Positions 30,888-41,359 of a DNA stretch of 64,000 nucleotides are shown in pieces; the stretch's first letter is position 1, and every line of letters begins with the position of its first letter. The stretch is from the NCBI GenBank assembly GCA_943372745.1, contig CALRZV010000006.1, positions 19,985 through 83,984 of the forward strand, in the 5' to 3' direction. This DNA is from Bradyrhizobium ivorense (GTDB lineage Bacteria > Pseudomonadota > Alphaproteobacteria > Rhizobiales > Xanthobacteraceae). The notes under the pieces are model-generated. The model was not told the origin of the DNA and made no database searches. It was given only the letters and a program-made list of their open reading frames with translations. The translations under genes were made by a program, and so were the position numbers.

Positions 30888-31017
30888 GGAACCGTCACGG
30901 GAGGGGCGTCCTTGCTGGCGCCGGGCGGGGTGTGATAGTCGCAGCCATCAGGCCGCAGCGGGGTGAGTTGAAGACCATTCGCGCCGCGCCCGCAATTGCC
31001 GCAACGGGACAATCTTC

Positions 31018-32019
31018 ATGACTTCAGCGAAATACGACGTGCTTGCGATCGGCAATGCGATCTTCGACGTGTTGGTACAAACCGACGACGCGTTCCTTGC
31101 CGCGCATCAGATGAACAAAGGCGGCATGGCGCTGATCGACGAAGCCCGCGCCAAGGCGATCTATGATGCGATGGGCCCGGCCACCGAAATGTCCGGCGGT
31201 TCGGCCGCCAACACCGTCGTCGGCCTCGCCAGCCTCGGCGCCAGCGTCGCTTATGTCGGCAAGGTCAAGGACGATCAGATCGGCGCGCTCTATACGCATG
31301 ATATCCGCTCGGCCGGCGTGAGCTACCTGACCAAGCCCGCAGCGGCCGGTCCGGCGACCGGCTGTTCGTATATCCTGGTGACTCCCGACGGCGAGCGCAC
31401 CATGAACACCTATCTCGGCGCCGCGCAGGACCTGACGCCGGAAGACATCGATCCGGCCGCGATCGCCGCCTCGCAATATGTCTATCTCGAAGGCTATCTG
31501 TGGGATCCGGCCAGTGCCAAGGAGGCTTTCATCAAGGCCTCCAAGATCGCCCACGACGCCGGCCGCAAAGTGGCGCTTACTCTGTCGGATTCGTTCTGCG
31601 TCGGTCGCTATCGTAGCGAATTTCTCGATCTGATGCGCAACGGCACCGTCGATATCATTTTCGCCAACGAGTCCGAATTGAGCTCGCTCTACGAGACTGA
31701 GGATTTCGATGCGGCGCTAGGTCAATTGCGTAACGATACCCGGCTCGGTGTCGTCACCCGCAGCGAGAAGGGGTGCGTCGTAGCTTCGAGCGACGGCGTC
31801 GTCGCAGTGCCGGCGCACAAGATCGAGAAGCTGGTCGACACGACCGGCGCCGGCGATCTGTTTGCCGCCGGCTTCCTGTTCGGCCTTGTCCGCAATGCCG
31901 GCTATGAAAATGCCGGCAAGCTCGGCGCGCTGGCCGCAGCTGAAGTGATCCAGCATATCGGCGCGCGTCCGCAGGTGTCGCTGAAGGATCTGGCGCAGAA
32001 GCAGGGATTGCCGGTTTAA
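31018..32019 (+). CDS. PfkB-family kinase (adenosine kinase-like)
   Basis: GGSAANT, DGERTM, FANE, DTTGAGDLF. Confidence 0.92.
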   Translation: MTSAKYDVLAIGNAIFDVLVQTDDAFLAAHQMNKGGMALIDEARAKAIYDAMGPATEMSGGSAANTVVGLASLGASVAYVGKVKDDQIGALYTHDIRSAGVSYLTKPAAAGPATGCSYILVTPDGERTMNTYLGAAQDLTPEDIDPAAIAASQYVYLEGYLWDPASAKEAFIKASKIAHDAGRKVALTLSDSFCVGRYRSEFLDLMRNGTVDIIFANESELSSLYETEDFDAALGQLRNDTRLGVVTRSEKGCVVASSDGVVAVPAHKIEKLVDTTGAGDLFAAGFLFGLVRNAGYENAGKLGALAAAEVIQHIGARPQVSLKDLAQKQGLPV

Positions 32020-32068
32020 TTGAAACGCCGGCGATGCGGATTTCCCGCTGGCGGGAGGATAAGCGGCT

Positions 32069-32154
32069 GTAGGGTGGGCAAAGCGTAGTGTGCCCACCAC
32101 CATTTTTTGCGATAGATGGTGGGCACGGCGCAAGAACGCCTTTGCCCACCCTAC
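32069..32154. repeat. Family C GTAG-type REP doublet (REPIN-like), 86 bp
   Basis: GTAGGGTGGGCAAAGCG...GTGCCCACC / GGTGGGCAC...TTTGCCCACCCTAC. Second copy at 62976. Confidence 0.88.
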
Positions 32155-32158
32155 ATAA

Positions 32159-33244
32159 TCAGGCCCAGTCTTTCACAGCTTCGCCCAGCTTCGCCTTCAC
32201 CGGCATGCGCGCCGCTGATGGCGTGCGCGAGAATCGCGGCGCGGGGCCCGGCTGCGTTCCGCCGTCCTGCTCAATGAACACCTTGCGGGCCACCATGTGC
32301 GGGTGCCTGGTGGCTTCCGACATCGTCAGCACCGGCGCGAAGCAGACATCGGTGCCTTCCATGATCTTGCACCATTCATCGCGGCTCTTGGTCTTGAACA
32401 CGGCGACGAGCTTGTCCTTCAACGCCGCCCACTGCGCCTGATCCATCTGCGCATCGAAACAGCTGTCATCGAGCCCTGCGAGCTCACGCAATTGCGCGTA
32501 GAATTGCGGTTCGATGGAGCCGATCGAAATAAAATTACCGCAGCTGCATTCGTAGACGCCGTAGAAATGCGCCCCGCCGTCGAGCATGTTGCTCTCGCGC
32601 GCTTCCTTCCAGCGCCCGGCCGCCGTCATGTCGAAGAACATGGTGATCAGCGAGGCCGCGCCGTCGCACATGGCCGCGTCCACCACCTGGCCCTGGCCGG
32701 ATTTGCTCGCTTCGAGCATGGCCGCGAGCATGCCCATGACGAGATACATCGAGCCGCCGCCAAAATCGCCGACGAGGTTGAGTGGCGGCACCGGCTTGTC
32801 GGCGCCACCGATGGCGGCGAGCGCGCCGGTGATCGAAATGTAGTTGATGTCATGGCCGGCAGCCTGCGCCAAGGGACCGTCCTGCCCCCAGCCCGTCATG
32901 CGACCATAAACGAGCTTCTGATTGCGACCGAGCACGACATCGGGCCCGAGACCGAGGCGTTCCATGACGCCAGGGCGATAGCCCTCGACCAGCGCATCGG
33001 CGCTATCCAACAGTGACAGCACCTGATCGATGCTGGCTTTGTCCTTGAGATCGACCTCGACGATTGTCCGGCCACGGGCAGCTGCTCCCTTTGGATGCTG
33101 CTTCGGGCGCACCAGCGTGATCACCTCCGCGCCCATGTCTGCGAGCAGCATGCAGGCGAAAGGGCCGGGGCCGATGCCGGCGAATTCGACGATGCGTGTG
33201 CCCTTCAGAGGACCGGAGAGTTTGGATGAAGCGGTGTTCTGCAC
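32159..33244 (-). CDS. CaiB/BaiF CoA-transferase family III (alpha-methylacyl-CoA racemase-like)
   Basis: GIGPGPF, EGYRPGVMERLGLG, GHDINY, GDFGGG. GTG start inferred. Confidence 0.92.
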   Translation of the reverse strand: MQNTASSKLSGPLKGTRIVEFAGIGPGPFACMLLADMGAEVITLVRPKQHPKGAAARGRTIVEVDLKDKASIDQVLSLLDSADALVEGYRPGVMERLGLGPDVVLGRNQKLVYGRMTGWGQDGPLAQAAGHDINYISITGALAAIGGADKPVPPLNLVGDFGGGSMYLVMGMLAAMLEASKSGQGQVVDAAMCDGAASLITMFFDMTAAGRWKEARESNMLDGGAHFYGVYECSCGNFISIGSIEPQFYAQLRELAGLDDSCFDAQMDQAQWAALKDKLVAVFKTKSRDEWCKIMEGTDVCFAPVLTMSEATRHPHMVARKVFIEQDGGTQPGPAPRFSRTPSAARMPVKAKLGEAVKDWA

Positions 33245-33449
33245 GTGCGTTTCCCGTTTTTTGAAGTGTTCGTTGGGGGAAACAGTGGCTGGCCCGACCG
33301 GCGAGAGCAAGACGCTTTTGGCCGCATCAATGCATGCGGCCATGCGCGGACAATGCGGGTTGCCTCGCCCGGCTTCACCGGGCGAGGCAGGATGCGTTGC
33401 AGCAAATGAGGCGCGTTCGCTGCATGCAACGACAGATACGTGTGGAGCG

Positions 33450-34250
33450 CTACCCCGCCGACTCCACCGCCCGCTGCGCCATCACCTTGATCAGATTGGC
33501 GCGATAGGCGGCGGAGCCATGGATGTCGCCCATCAATCCGTCGGGAGAGATCGTCACGCCATCGAGGGCGGTTGCCGACCAGGTTGGTTTCAATGCGGCT
33601 TCGATGGCCGCGACGCGCATCACACCGTCCTGCGCGGCACCGGTGGCGGCGACACGCACTTCGCCGTCCTTCATCTGCGCCACGAACACACCCGTCATCG
33701 CGAAGCGCGAGGCCGGATGGCGCATCTTGGCATAGCCGGCCTTCGCGGGGATCGGGAACGAGACGGCAGTGATGATTTCATCGTCCTGCAGTGCCGTTGT
33801 GAACAGACCCTGGAAGAAATCCTCGCCCTTGATGTCGCGCTTGTTGGTCTTCACCGTCGCGTTCAGCGCCAGCACGGCGGCGGGATAGTCGGCTGCCGGA
33901 TCGTTGTTGGCGAGTGAGCCGCCGATGGTGCCGCGATAGCGCACGGCGGGATCGCCGAGCACTTCGGTGAGATGCACGATGGCCGGGATCGCGCGCTTCG
34001 CCTCGGCGCTTTGCGTGATGTCGTAATAGGTCGTGGCCGCCTTGATGATCAGCGCATCGGACGTGACTTCGATGCCGACCAGGTCCTTGATACGGGCGAT
34101 ATCGATGACGTCCGATGGACCGGCCAGTCGTTGCTTCATGACAGGCAGCAATGTGTGCCCGCCGGCGAGGACTTTTGCATCGGGATTCTTGGCGAGCAGT
34201 GCTGCGGCTTCGTCGACGCTGGCAGCACGGTGATACGTGGTCTCGTACAT
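33450..34250 (-). CDS. Molybdenum hydroxylase FAD subunit (CoxM-like)
   Basis: LAGGHTLLP, VRYRGTIGGSLANNDPAAD. Confidence 0.92.
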   Translation of the reverse strand: MYETTYHRAASVDEAAALLAKNPDAKVLAGGHTLLPVMKQRLAGPSDVIDIARIKDLVGIEVTSDALIIKAATTYYDITQSAEAKRAIPAIVHLTEVLGDPAVRYRGTIGGSLANNDPAADYPAAVLALNATVKTNKRDIKGEDFFQGLFTTALQDDEIITAVSFPIPAKAGYAKMRHPASRFAMTGVFVAQMKDGEVRVAATGAAQDGVMRVAAIEAALKPTWSATALDGVTISPDGLMGDIHGSAAYRANLIKVMAQRAVESAG

Positions 34251-34261
34251 GATGCCTCTCC

Positions 34262-36616
34262 TTACTCTGCTGCCTGCTGCAACTGCAGCGCTTCCCAGAC
34301 GCGGCCGGGCGTCGCCGGCATTTCCAGCTTGTTGTGGCCGAGCGCATCGGTGATGGCATTGATCACCGCGGGCGACGAGCCGATGGCGCCGGCCTCGCCG
34401 CAGCCCTTGATGCCGAGCGGATTGCCGGGACACAGCGTGATCGAATGCGAGATCTTGAACGACGGCACGTCATCGGCGCGTGGCATCGCATAATCCATGA
34501 ACGACGCAGTCACCGGCTGGCCGTTGTCGTCGTAGACTGCGGCCTCCAGCATGGCCTGGCCGATGCCTTGGGCAAGGCCGCCATGCACCTGGCCTTCGAC
34601 GATCATCGGGTTGATCAGGCGACCGAAGTCATCGACAGCGACAAAATCGAGAATCTCGGTCTTTCCGGTGCCGGGGTCGATCTCTACCTCGCAGATATAG
34701 GTGCCGGCCGGGAAGGTGAAGTTTGTCGGATCATAGAACGCGGTCTCCTTCAGGCCGGGCTCCATGCCGTCGGGCAGGTTATGCGCGGTGTAGGCGGCCA
34801 GCGCCACCATCGGCAGCGCGATGGACTTGTCGGTGCCGGCCACCTTGAACTCGCCATTCTCGATGACGATGTCGCCTTCCGATGCCTCCAGCTGATGCGC
34901 GGCGATCTTCTTCGCCTTGGCTTCCATCTTCTCCATCGCCTTGAAGATGGCGCTCATGCCGACGGCGCCGGAACGCGAACCATAGGTGCCCATGCCGAAC
35001 TGCACCTTGTCGGTATCCCCATGGACGATGGAGACCTGATCGATGGAGATGCCGAGCCGATCGGCGACGAGTTGCGCAAAGGTCGTCTCGTGGCCTTGGC
35101 CGTGACTGTGCGAGCCGGTCAGGATCTCGATGGTGCCGACCGGATTGACGCGCACTTCGGCGGATTCCCAGAGGCCGACGCCGGCACCGAGCGAGCCGAC
35201 GGCTTTCGACGGCGCGATGCCGCAGGCTTCGATGTAGCAGGAGAAGCCGAGGCCGCGCAGTTTGCCATTCGCCTTCGACTGCGCCTTGCGCGCGGGGAAG
35301 CCTTTGTAGTCGATAGCTTCGAGTGCCTTGTCGAGCGCCGCACCGAAATCGCCGATGTCATAGGCCATGATGACGGGCGTCTGATGCGGAAACTGCGTGA
35401 TGAAATTGGTCCGCCGCAGCTCGGCCGGATCGAGTTTGAGTTGCCGTGCCGAGGTTTCCATCAGGCGTTCGACCAGATAGCTCGCCTCCGGCCGGCCGGC
35501 GCCGCGATAGGCATCCACCGGCGTAGTGTTGGTGTAGACGCCCATCACCTCCGCATAGATGGCGGGGATGTTGTACTGGCCCGACAGCAGCGTGGCATAG
35601 AGATAGGTCGGCACCGAGGACGAGAATAGCGACATATAGGCGCCGAAATTGGCGTGGGTCTTCACCCGCAAGCCCAGGATCTTGTTGTTGGCGTCGAACG
35701 CCATCTCGGCATGCGACATGTGATCGCGGCCATGGGCGTCGGTCAGGAAGGCTTCCGAGCGATCGCCGGTCCATTTCACCGGACGCTCGACCTTCTTGGA
35801 GGCCCACAGCGCGACCATCTCTTCGGGATAGATGAAGATCTTGGAGCCGAAGCCGCCGCCGACATCGGGGGCGATCACGCGCAGCTTGTGCTCCTGCGCG
35901 ACATTGTAGAAGGCGGATAGCACCAGCCGCGCGACATGCGGGTTCTGCGATGTCGTGTAGAGCGTGAAGTGCTCTTCGGCTGGGTCGTATTCTGCGACGG
36001 CCGCGCGCGGCTCCATCGCATTCGGCACCAGGCGGTTGTTGGTGAGATCCAGCGAGACGACGCTGGCCGCCTTGGCAAAGGCGTCATTGGTCGCCTTCTC
36101 ATCGCCGATCGACCAGTCATAAACCACATTGCCCGGTGCTTCCGGATGCAGCTGCGGCGCACCGGGTGCAATGGCAGCTTTCATGCTGCTGACGGCGGGG
36201 AGTTCCTCATATTCGACGATAACCGCTTCTGCGGCGTCCTTGGCCTGGTTCTTGGTTTCGGCGATCACCACCGCAACGGCCTGCCCGACGAAGCGCACGG
36301 TGTCCGGCGCCATCGCCGGCCACGCACCCATTCTCATGGGCGAGCCGTCCTTCGACGTGACGGCCCAGCCGCAGATGAGATTGCCGATCTTGTCATCCAC
36401 CAGCTGCTGCCCGGTGAGGACATCCACAACCCCCGGCATGTCCTTCGCCGCGGAGGAGTCGATGCTCTTGACCTTGGCATGGGCATGCGGGCTGCGGATG
36501 AAATGGGCGTGGGTGAGGCCGATGACCTTGACGTCATCGACATATCGGCCGCGGCCGGTGATGAAACGCTTGTCTTCCTTGCGCACAACGCTTGCGCCGA
36601 TGCCTTCAACGCCCAT
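34262..36616 (-). CDS. Molybdenum hydroxylase large subunit, form II CoxL-like
   Basis: GGGFGSK, active-site loop AYRGAGR, GQGHET, GTYGSR, KGCGE. Confidence 0.92.
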   Translation of the reverse strand: MGVEGIGASVVRKEDKRFITGRGRYVDDVKVIGLTHAHFIRSPHAHAKVKSIDSSAAKDMPGVVDVLTGQQLVDDKIGNLICGWAVTSKDGSPMRMGAWPAMAPDTVRFVGQAVAVVIAETKNQAKDAAEAVIVEYEELPAVSSMKAAIAPGAPQLHPEAPGNVVYDWSIGDEKATNDAFAKAASVVSLDLTNNRLVPNAMEPRAAVAEYDPAEEHFTLYTTSQNPHVARLVLSAFYNVAQEHKLRVIAPDVGGGFGSKIFIYPEEMVALWASKKVERPVKWTGDRSEAFLTDAHGRDHMSHAEMAFDANNKILGLRVKTHANFGAYMSLFSSSVPTYLYATLLSGQYNIPAIYAEVMGVYTNTTPVDAYRGAGRPEASYLVERLMETSARQLKLDPAELRRTNFITQFPHQTPVIMAYDIGDFGAALDKALEAIDYKGFPARKAQSKANGKLRGLGFSCYIEACGIAPSKAVGSLGAGVGLWESAEVRVNPVGTIEILTGSHSHGQGHETTFAQLVADRLGISIDQVSIVHGDTDKVQFGMGTYGSRSGAVGMSAIFKAMEKMEAKAKKIAAHQLEASEGDIVIENGEFKVAGTDKSIALPMVALAAYTAHNLPDGMEPGLKETAFYDPTNFTFPAGTYICEVEIDPGTGKTEILDFVAVDDFGRLINPMIVEGQVHGGLAQGIGQAMLEAAVYDDNGQPVTASFMDYAMPRADDVPSFKISHSITLCPGNPLGIKGCGEAGAIGSSPAVINAITDALGHNKLEMPATPGRVWEALQLQQAAE

Positions 36617-36704
36617 GACATGGGTCTCCCTGCCGGTGTTATTTGTGTCTCGCGGCTTTCACCAAAGCACGCGGCTGGCTCAGCTCAGTTCAAGTCGCTA
36701 CGGC

Positions 36705-37190
36705 TCATTCGGCCGCTTGCGCGACCTTCATGCGTCCGGCGGCGTCAAGAACCGATTTGACGATGTTGTGATAACCGGTGCAGCGGCAGATATTGCCTTC
36801 GAGCTCTTGGCGAACGGTGTGCTCGTCGAGTTCGCCACCATGACGGTGCACGATGTCGATGGCCGACATGATCATGCCCGGCGTGCAATAGCCGCATTGC
36901 AGGCCGTGATTATCGCGGAAGGCCGCCTGCATCGGATGCAGCTGGTCACCTTTCGAGATGCCTTCGATGGTGGTGACATTGGCGCCATCCACCTGGCCGG
37001 CCAGCGTGGTGCAGGATTTCACGGCTTTGCCGTCGATATGGACGATGCAAGCGCCGCATTGCGACGTGTCGCAACCGACATGGGTGCCGGTCAGATTCAG
37101 GTTCTCGCGCAACAGATGCACGAGCAACGTCCGGTCTTCAACCTGGACAGAGACGGCTTTTCCATTGACCGTCAGCTTCACGGTGGACAT
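36705..37190 (-). CDS. Molybdenum hydroxylase 2Fe-2S subunit (CoxS-like)
   Basis: [27 protein letters not shown]. Confidence 0.94.
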   Translation of the reverse strand: MSTVKLTVNGKAVSVQVEDRTLLVHLLRENLNLTGTHVGCDTSQCGACIVHIDGKAVKSCTTLAGQVDGANVTTIEGISKGDQLHPMQAAFRDNHGLQCGYCTPGMIMSAIDIVHRHGGELDEHTVRQELEGNICRCTGYHNIVKSVLDAAGRMKVAQAAE

Positions 37191-37212
37191 GTGCAGACCT
37201 CCCGACGATTTT

Positions 37213-37227
37213 TAATTGGTCTAATTA
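37213..37227. promoter_or_regulatory. AT-rich dyad, possible operator of the cox-like operon
   Basis: TAATT-N5-AATTA, 23-37 nt upstream of the coxS-like start. Confidence 0.35.
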
Positions 37228-37264
37228 GAAGCGCGAGGTGCGAAGTTTGCAACTGACATTTTGG

Positions 37265-37402
37265 TTTCCCACGTTTGCTCGCAGGAGCGAAGCGAAGGCC
37301 GGAGAGGGGCAGCGCGGCATGCCTCTCCCGTCTCGCCCACTCCGCGCCAAGCCGAGCTTCGCTGGAGCGGTCGATCCACCCTCTCGCGCAAGCGGGAGAG
37401 GG
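37265..37402. repeat. Degenerate family A element
   Basis: Hairpin CCCTCTCGCGCAAGCGGGAGAGGG (37379-37402) with an eroded left arm containing GGAGAGGGG. Confidence 0.6.
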
Positions 37403-37512
37403 ACCTGCAAATTTGGCACTTCATCTCCGCATCGCACGATGCTCTAGTCCGCTCTCAAAGGGCCGCAAGCCGTTGGCTGCTATAGCAATTCCGCGACAAG
37501 GAGTTTTCGGGA

Positions 37513-38184
37513 GTGATCGACAAGAGGGTAGCCAGTGCGGCCGAGGCCGTGGCGGGCGTGAAAGACGGGGCGACTGTCCTGGTGGCGGGATTTGGCACCG
37601 TGGGGATTGCCGACGATCTGCTGGAGGCGCTGCACAAGCAGGGCGCGACCAATCTGACCATCGTCCATAACAATGCCGGCAATGGTGATGTCGGTCTCGC
37701 CCGGCTGATCAACTCCGGCCGCGTCGCCAAGGTGATCTGCTCCTATCCACGTTCGGGCGATTACAGCGCCTTCCTTAACGCCTATCGCAACAAGACGCTT
37801 GAGCTCGAGCTGGTGCCGCAGGGCATCATCAGCGAGCGGATGCACGCCCATGCGGCCGGGCTCGGCGGCTTCTTCTCGCCGGTGACGGCGCATACCAAGC
37901 TCGCCGAGGGCAAGGAGACCCGCGAGATCGACGGGGTGCTGCATGTGTTCGAGAAGCCGCTCAAAGGCGACGTCGCATTGCTGCGCGCCATGAAAGCGGA
38001 TCGCTGGGGCAATCTGATCTACAATCAGTCGGCGCGTAACTTCAATCCGATCATGGCGATGGCTGCCGATCTCAGCATCGTGCAGGTGGACGAAATGGTC
38101 GAGCTCGGCAGCATGGATCCGGAAGCCGTGGTCACGCCGAGCATTTTCATCGATCGCATCTTGGTCGTAGGAGCGACATCATGA
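37513..38184 (+). CDS. 3-oxoacid CoA-transferase subunit A (PcaI-like)
   Basis: GFGTVG, HNNAGNG, LVPQG, ADRWGNL, ARNFNP. Confidence 0.92.
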   Translation: MIDKRVASAAEAVAGVKDGATVLVAGFGTVGIADDLLEALHKQGATNLTIVHNNAGNGDVGLARLINSGRVAKVICSYPRSGDYSAFLNAYRNKTLELELVPQGIISERMHAHAAGLGGFFSPVTAHTKLAEGKETREIDGVLHVFEKPLKGDVALLRAMKADRWGNLIYNQSARNFNPIMAMAADLSIVQVDEMVELGSMDPEAVVTPSIFIDRILVVGATS

Positions 38185-38870
38185 CGACGACATACAAGCC
38201 GCTCAACCGCGATCAGATGGCATGGCGCGCCGCGCAGGACCTGCAGGAGGGTGCCTATGTCAATCTTGGCATCGGCATGCCTACGCGCGCCGCGAGCTAT
38301 GTGCCGGATGGTCGCGAGGTGATCTTTCACAGCGAGAACGGCATTCTCGGCCTCGGCCCGAAGCCGGAGCCCGGCACCGAAGACGAAAACCTGATCGATG
38401 CCGGCAAGAACTACACCACCCTGATCAAGGGCGGCGTGTTCATGCATCACGCCGACGCCTTCCTGATGATCCGCGGCAAGCATCTCGATGTCAGTCTGCT
38501 CGGTGCGTTCGAAGTGTCCGAAGCAGGCGATCTCGCCAACTGGACCACGGAAGATCCGAGCTTCCCGCCGGGCGTCGGCGGCGCCATGGATCTGGCGGTC
38601 GGCGCCAAGGAAATCCGGGTGATCATGGATCATACCGACAAATCCGGAAAGCCGCGCATCCTCAACAAATGCCGATTGCCGCTGACGGCGCCTGGCTGCG
38701 TCAAGCGCATTTATACCAATCTAGCGGTGATTGACGTCACCGAGCAGGGCCTGTTCGTACGTGAGATGGTCGAGGGCATGACGCTGGAGAAATTGCAGGA
38801 GCTCACCGAGCCGAAGCTGCAACTCGCCAATGACTGGCGCGCACTGACGCCGCCGGCGATGGCGGCGTAG
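38181..38870 (+). CDS. 3-oxoacid CoA-transferase subunit B (PcaJ-like)
   Basis: VNLGIGMP, catalytic SENG, GDLANW, GGAMDL. ATGA overlap with subunit A. Confidence 0.92.
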   Translation: MTTTYKPLNRDQMAWRAAQDLQEGAYVNLGIGMPTRAASYVPDGREVIFHSENGILGLGPKPEPGTEDENLIDAGKNYTTLIKGGVFMHHADAFLMIRGKHLDVSLLGAFEVSEAGDLANWTTEDPSFPPGVGGAMDLAVGAKEIRVIMDHTDKSGKPRILNKCRLPLTAPGCVKRIYTNLAVIDVTEQGLFVREMVEGMTLEKLQELTEPKLQLANDWRALTPPAMAA

Positions 38871-38879
38871 GTCTCTCAT

Positions 38880-38981
38880 TGTCATCGCCCGCAAAAGCGG
38901 GCGGTCCAGTAAACAAAGTCCTGAGTTTCTAGCACCCATAGCGGTGTTTACTGGGCCGCCCGGTCAAGCCGGGCGGTGACA
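38880..38981. repeat. Family B palindromic element, 102 bp, inverted relative to the other copies
   Basis: TGTCATCGCCCGCAAAAGCGGGCGGTCCAGTA...TACTGGGCCGCCCGGTCAAGCCGGGCGGTGACA. Confidence 0.85.
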
Positions 38982-39136
38982 AGTGAGCTGTGCCCCGTCC
39001 GCCTGCCGCACAACCTTCGGGGTCCCGGTAAACATTTACTCGCTCTTAGTTTCTCTGCCGTAGGTTTGGGCACTCGCCTCGGGTGCGGGCTGCGCCTGGA
39101 GACGAGGTGTTGGGAGTGATAAACGGGGGGCCCAAA

Positions 39137-41182
39137 GTGGCATCGACGACGCTTGTCCGGAAGAAGCCGGGTTTCCTGAAATTGCCGACTCTCAGATTTC
39201 GCGCCAAGGTGACGCTCGGCTTCGCCGCGGTGCTGCTGATCTCCGCCATCAGCATGGTGATGGCCTATGTCGGCTTCGAACGCATCGCCAACGGCGTCGT
39301 CTCCTATCGCACCACCGTCGCGGAATCGGGCCTGGCCCGCAATATCGATCGTGAGCTGACCTCCTATCAGGCATTGGCGCGCTATTACGTGCTGACCAGC
39401 TTCGAGGCCGATGCCAAGGCGGCTAAGACGGCGGAAGTGGCTCTCAAAGATGCCATCGACCAGTCGATGAAGGCGGCGACGGATTCCGCGCGTCTCGACA
39501 AGGTCACCTGGCTGTCGCGCGAATTCACCGCTTTCACCAAGATCTTCGCTAACATCCTCACGGTGAAGAGCGAGAACGATACGATCGCCGCCAATCAGCT
39601 GTCGCGCACCAGCCTGATGTTGCGCAACAAGATCGACGATCTTGGCGATACCGCGATCATGGCCGGCCTGGCATCGGTGCAGGATCAGGTGAAGGAAATC
39701 ACCACGCAATTTATCACCGCGACTTCGCTGGTGAACACCTATATCGGCAAGGCCGAGGACAAGACATCCAACGCTGCGCAGGCGCGTATCAAGTTCCTGC
39801 AGAACCAGTATGCGACCATCTATGCCAATGATGACAAGATCAACGGCAAGCTGAAGGAGATCGTCGCTGATACCAAGATCTATGCCGATGCCTTCGTGAA
39901 GTTCGTCGAGAACACCAAGAAGGTCGACGGCCTCGCCAAGGAGATGTCGGAATCAGCCGCGGCGATCACCAAACTCTCCGGCGAGATGAAGGCCGACATG
40001 CTGTCCGAGCAGCACCGGATGGAAACCGAATCCGACAAGACGGTCACCGATACCAAGCAGCTGGTGACAATTCTCGGCATCGGTGGTTTCGTGATCGGCG
40101 CCATCCTCGCCATGCTGCTCGGACGCAGCATTTCCAAGCCGATGACCGCGATGTGCGCAGCGATGCGCAAGCTCGCTGCCGGCGATTTCGACGTGGTGCT
40201 CCCGGGCCTCGGCCGCCGCGACGAACTCGGCGACATGGCCTCTGCCGTGGAAGAGTTCAAGGTGCAGGCGGTGGCCAAGGCCGAACGCGATGCTGCTGCA
40301 CAGGAAGAATCGAACCGGGCCGCCGATCAGATGCGCCGCGGCGAATTGATCCGCTTCGCCGACCAGTTCGAATCTGCCGTCGGCTCCATCGTGTCGAGTG
40401 TCTCGGTGTCCTCGGGCCAGCTCGAAGGCGCTGCCAACACGCTGACACGCACGGCGGAGACCACCGAACAGTTGTCCGGCCAGGCCGCGGCGACGTCGGA
40501 TGAAGCCTCGTCCAACATGCAGTCGGTCGCAACGGCAACGGAGGAACTGTCGCTGTCGGTCAACGAGATCGGCCGTCAGGTGCAGAACTCCAGCCGGATC
40601 GCCGAATCTGCGGTGGATCAGGCGCGCCAGACCGATGCCCGCATCGGCGAATTGTCGCGGGCCGCCCAGCGCATCGGCGACGTCGTCGATCTGATCACTG
40701 CGATTGCCGAGCAGACCAATCTGCTGGCCCTCAACGCGACCATCGAGGCCGCGCGCGCGGGCGACGCCGGTCGCGGTTTTGCGGTGGTTGCGTCCGAAGT
40801 GAAGTCACTGGCCAGTCAGACGGCGAAGGCGACCGAGGAAATCTCGACGCAGATCGCCGGGATGCAGAGCGCGACGCAGGAGTCGGTGGCGGCGATCAAG
40901 CAGATCGGCAATACGATTGGCGAAATCTCCGGCATTGCCTCTGAGATCGCCAGCGCCGTCGAGCAACAGGGCGCCGCCACGCGCGAAATCGCGCAAAATG
41001 TCCAGCGCGTCGCCCATGGCACGCAGCAGGTCGCCGGCAACATCACCGAGGTCAATCGCGGCGCGTCGGAGACCGGCGCGGCGTCGGGGCAGGTGCTGAA
41101 TTCGGCGCAGACCTTGTCGGCGGAAAGCACGCGCCTGCGCGCCGAACTCGACCGCTTCATGGAAAACATCCGCGCGGCGTAA
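39137..41182 (+). CDS. Transmembrane methyl-accepting chemotaxis protein (large periplasmic domain, HAMP); start uncertain
   Basis: Two TM segments, HAMP (RRDELGDMA), [31 protein letters not shown]. Confidence 0.92.
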   Translation: MASTTLVRKKPGFLKLPTLRFRAKVTLGFAAVLLISAISMVMAYVGFERIANGVVSYRTTVAESGLARNIDRELTSYQALARYYVLTSFEADAKAAKTAEVALKDAIDQSMKAATDSARLDKVTWLSREFTAFTKIFANILTVKSENDTIAANQLSRTSLMLRNKIDDLGDTAIMAGLASVQDQVKEITTQFITATSLVNTYIGKAEDKTSNAAQARIKFLQNQYATIYANDDKINGKLKEIVADTKIYADAFVKFVENTKKVDGLAKEMSESAAAITKLSGEMKADMLSEQHRMETESDKTVTDTKQLVTILGIGGFVIGAILAMLLGRSISKPMTAMCAAMRKLAAGDFDVVLPGLGRRDELGDMASAVEEFKVQAVAKAERDAAAQEESNRAADQMRRGELIRFADQFESAVGSIVSSVSVSSGQLEGAANTLTRTAETTEQLSGQAAATSDEASSNMQSVATATEELSLSVNEIGRQVQNSSRIAESAVDQARQTDARIGELSRAAQRIGDVVDLITAIAEQTNLLALNATIEAARAGDAGRGFAVVASEVKSLASQTAKATEEISTQIAGMQSATQESVAAIKQIGNTIGEISGIASEIASAVEQQGAATREIAQNVQRVAHGTQQVAGNITEVNRGASETGAASGQVLNSAQTLSAESTRLRAELDRFMENIRAA

Positions 41183-41189
41183 TGTTGAA

Positions 41190-41340
41190 CCTCTCCCCGC
41201 CTGCGGGGAGAGGTCGACTCGGCTTCGCGTCGGGTGAGGGGGCTCTCCACAGGCGCCGTCGCCAGAGGAGAGTCCCCCTCATCCGTCCCGGCGCCGCTGC
41301 GCTATGCCGTGCCACCTTCTGCCCGCCAGCGGGGAGAAGG
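41190..41340. repeat. Family A composite element (151 bp)
   Basis: CCTCTCCCCGCCTGCGGGGAGAGG...GGGTGAGGGG...CCCCTCATCC...GCGGGGAGAAGG. Confidence 0.85.
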
Positions 41341-41359
41341 CAAGCGCTTCGCTCGACCG

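Noticed and set aside
34334-35629. 431-aa antisense ORF, and calling the cluster a true CO dehydrogenase
   Set aside because: The ORF is a shadow. The active-site loop is AYRGAGR, not form I AYxCSFR, so CO oxidation is unsupported.
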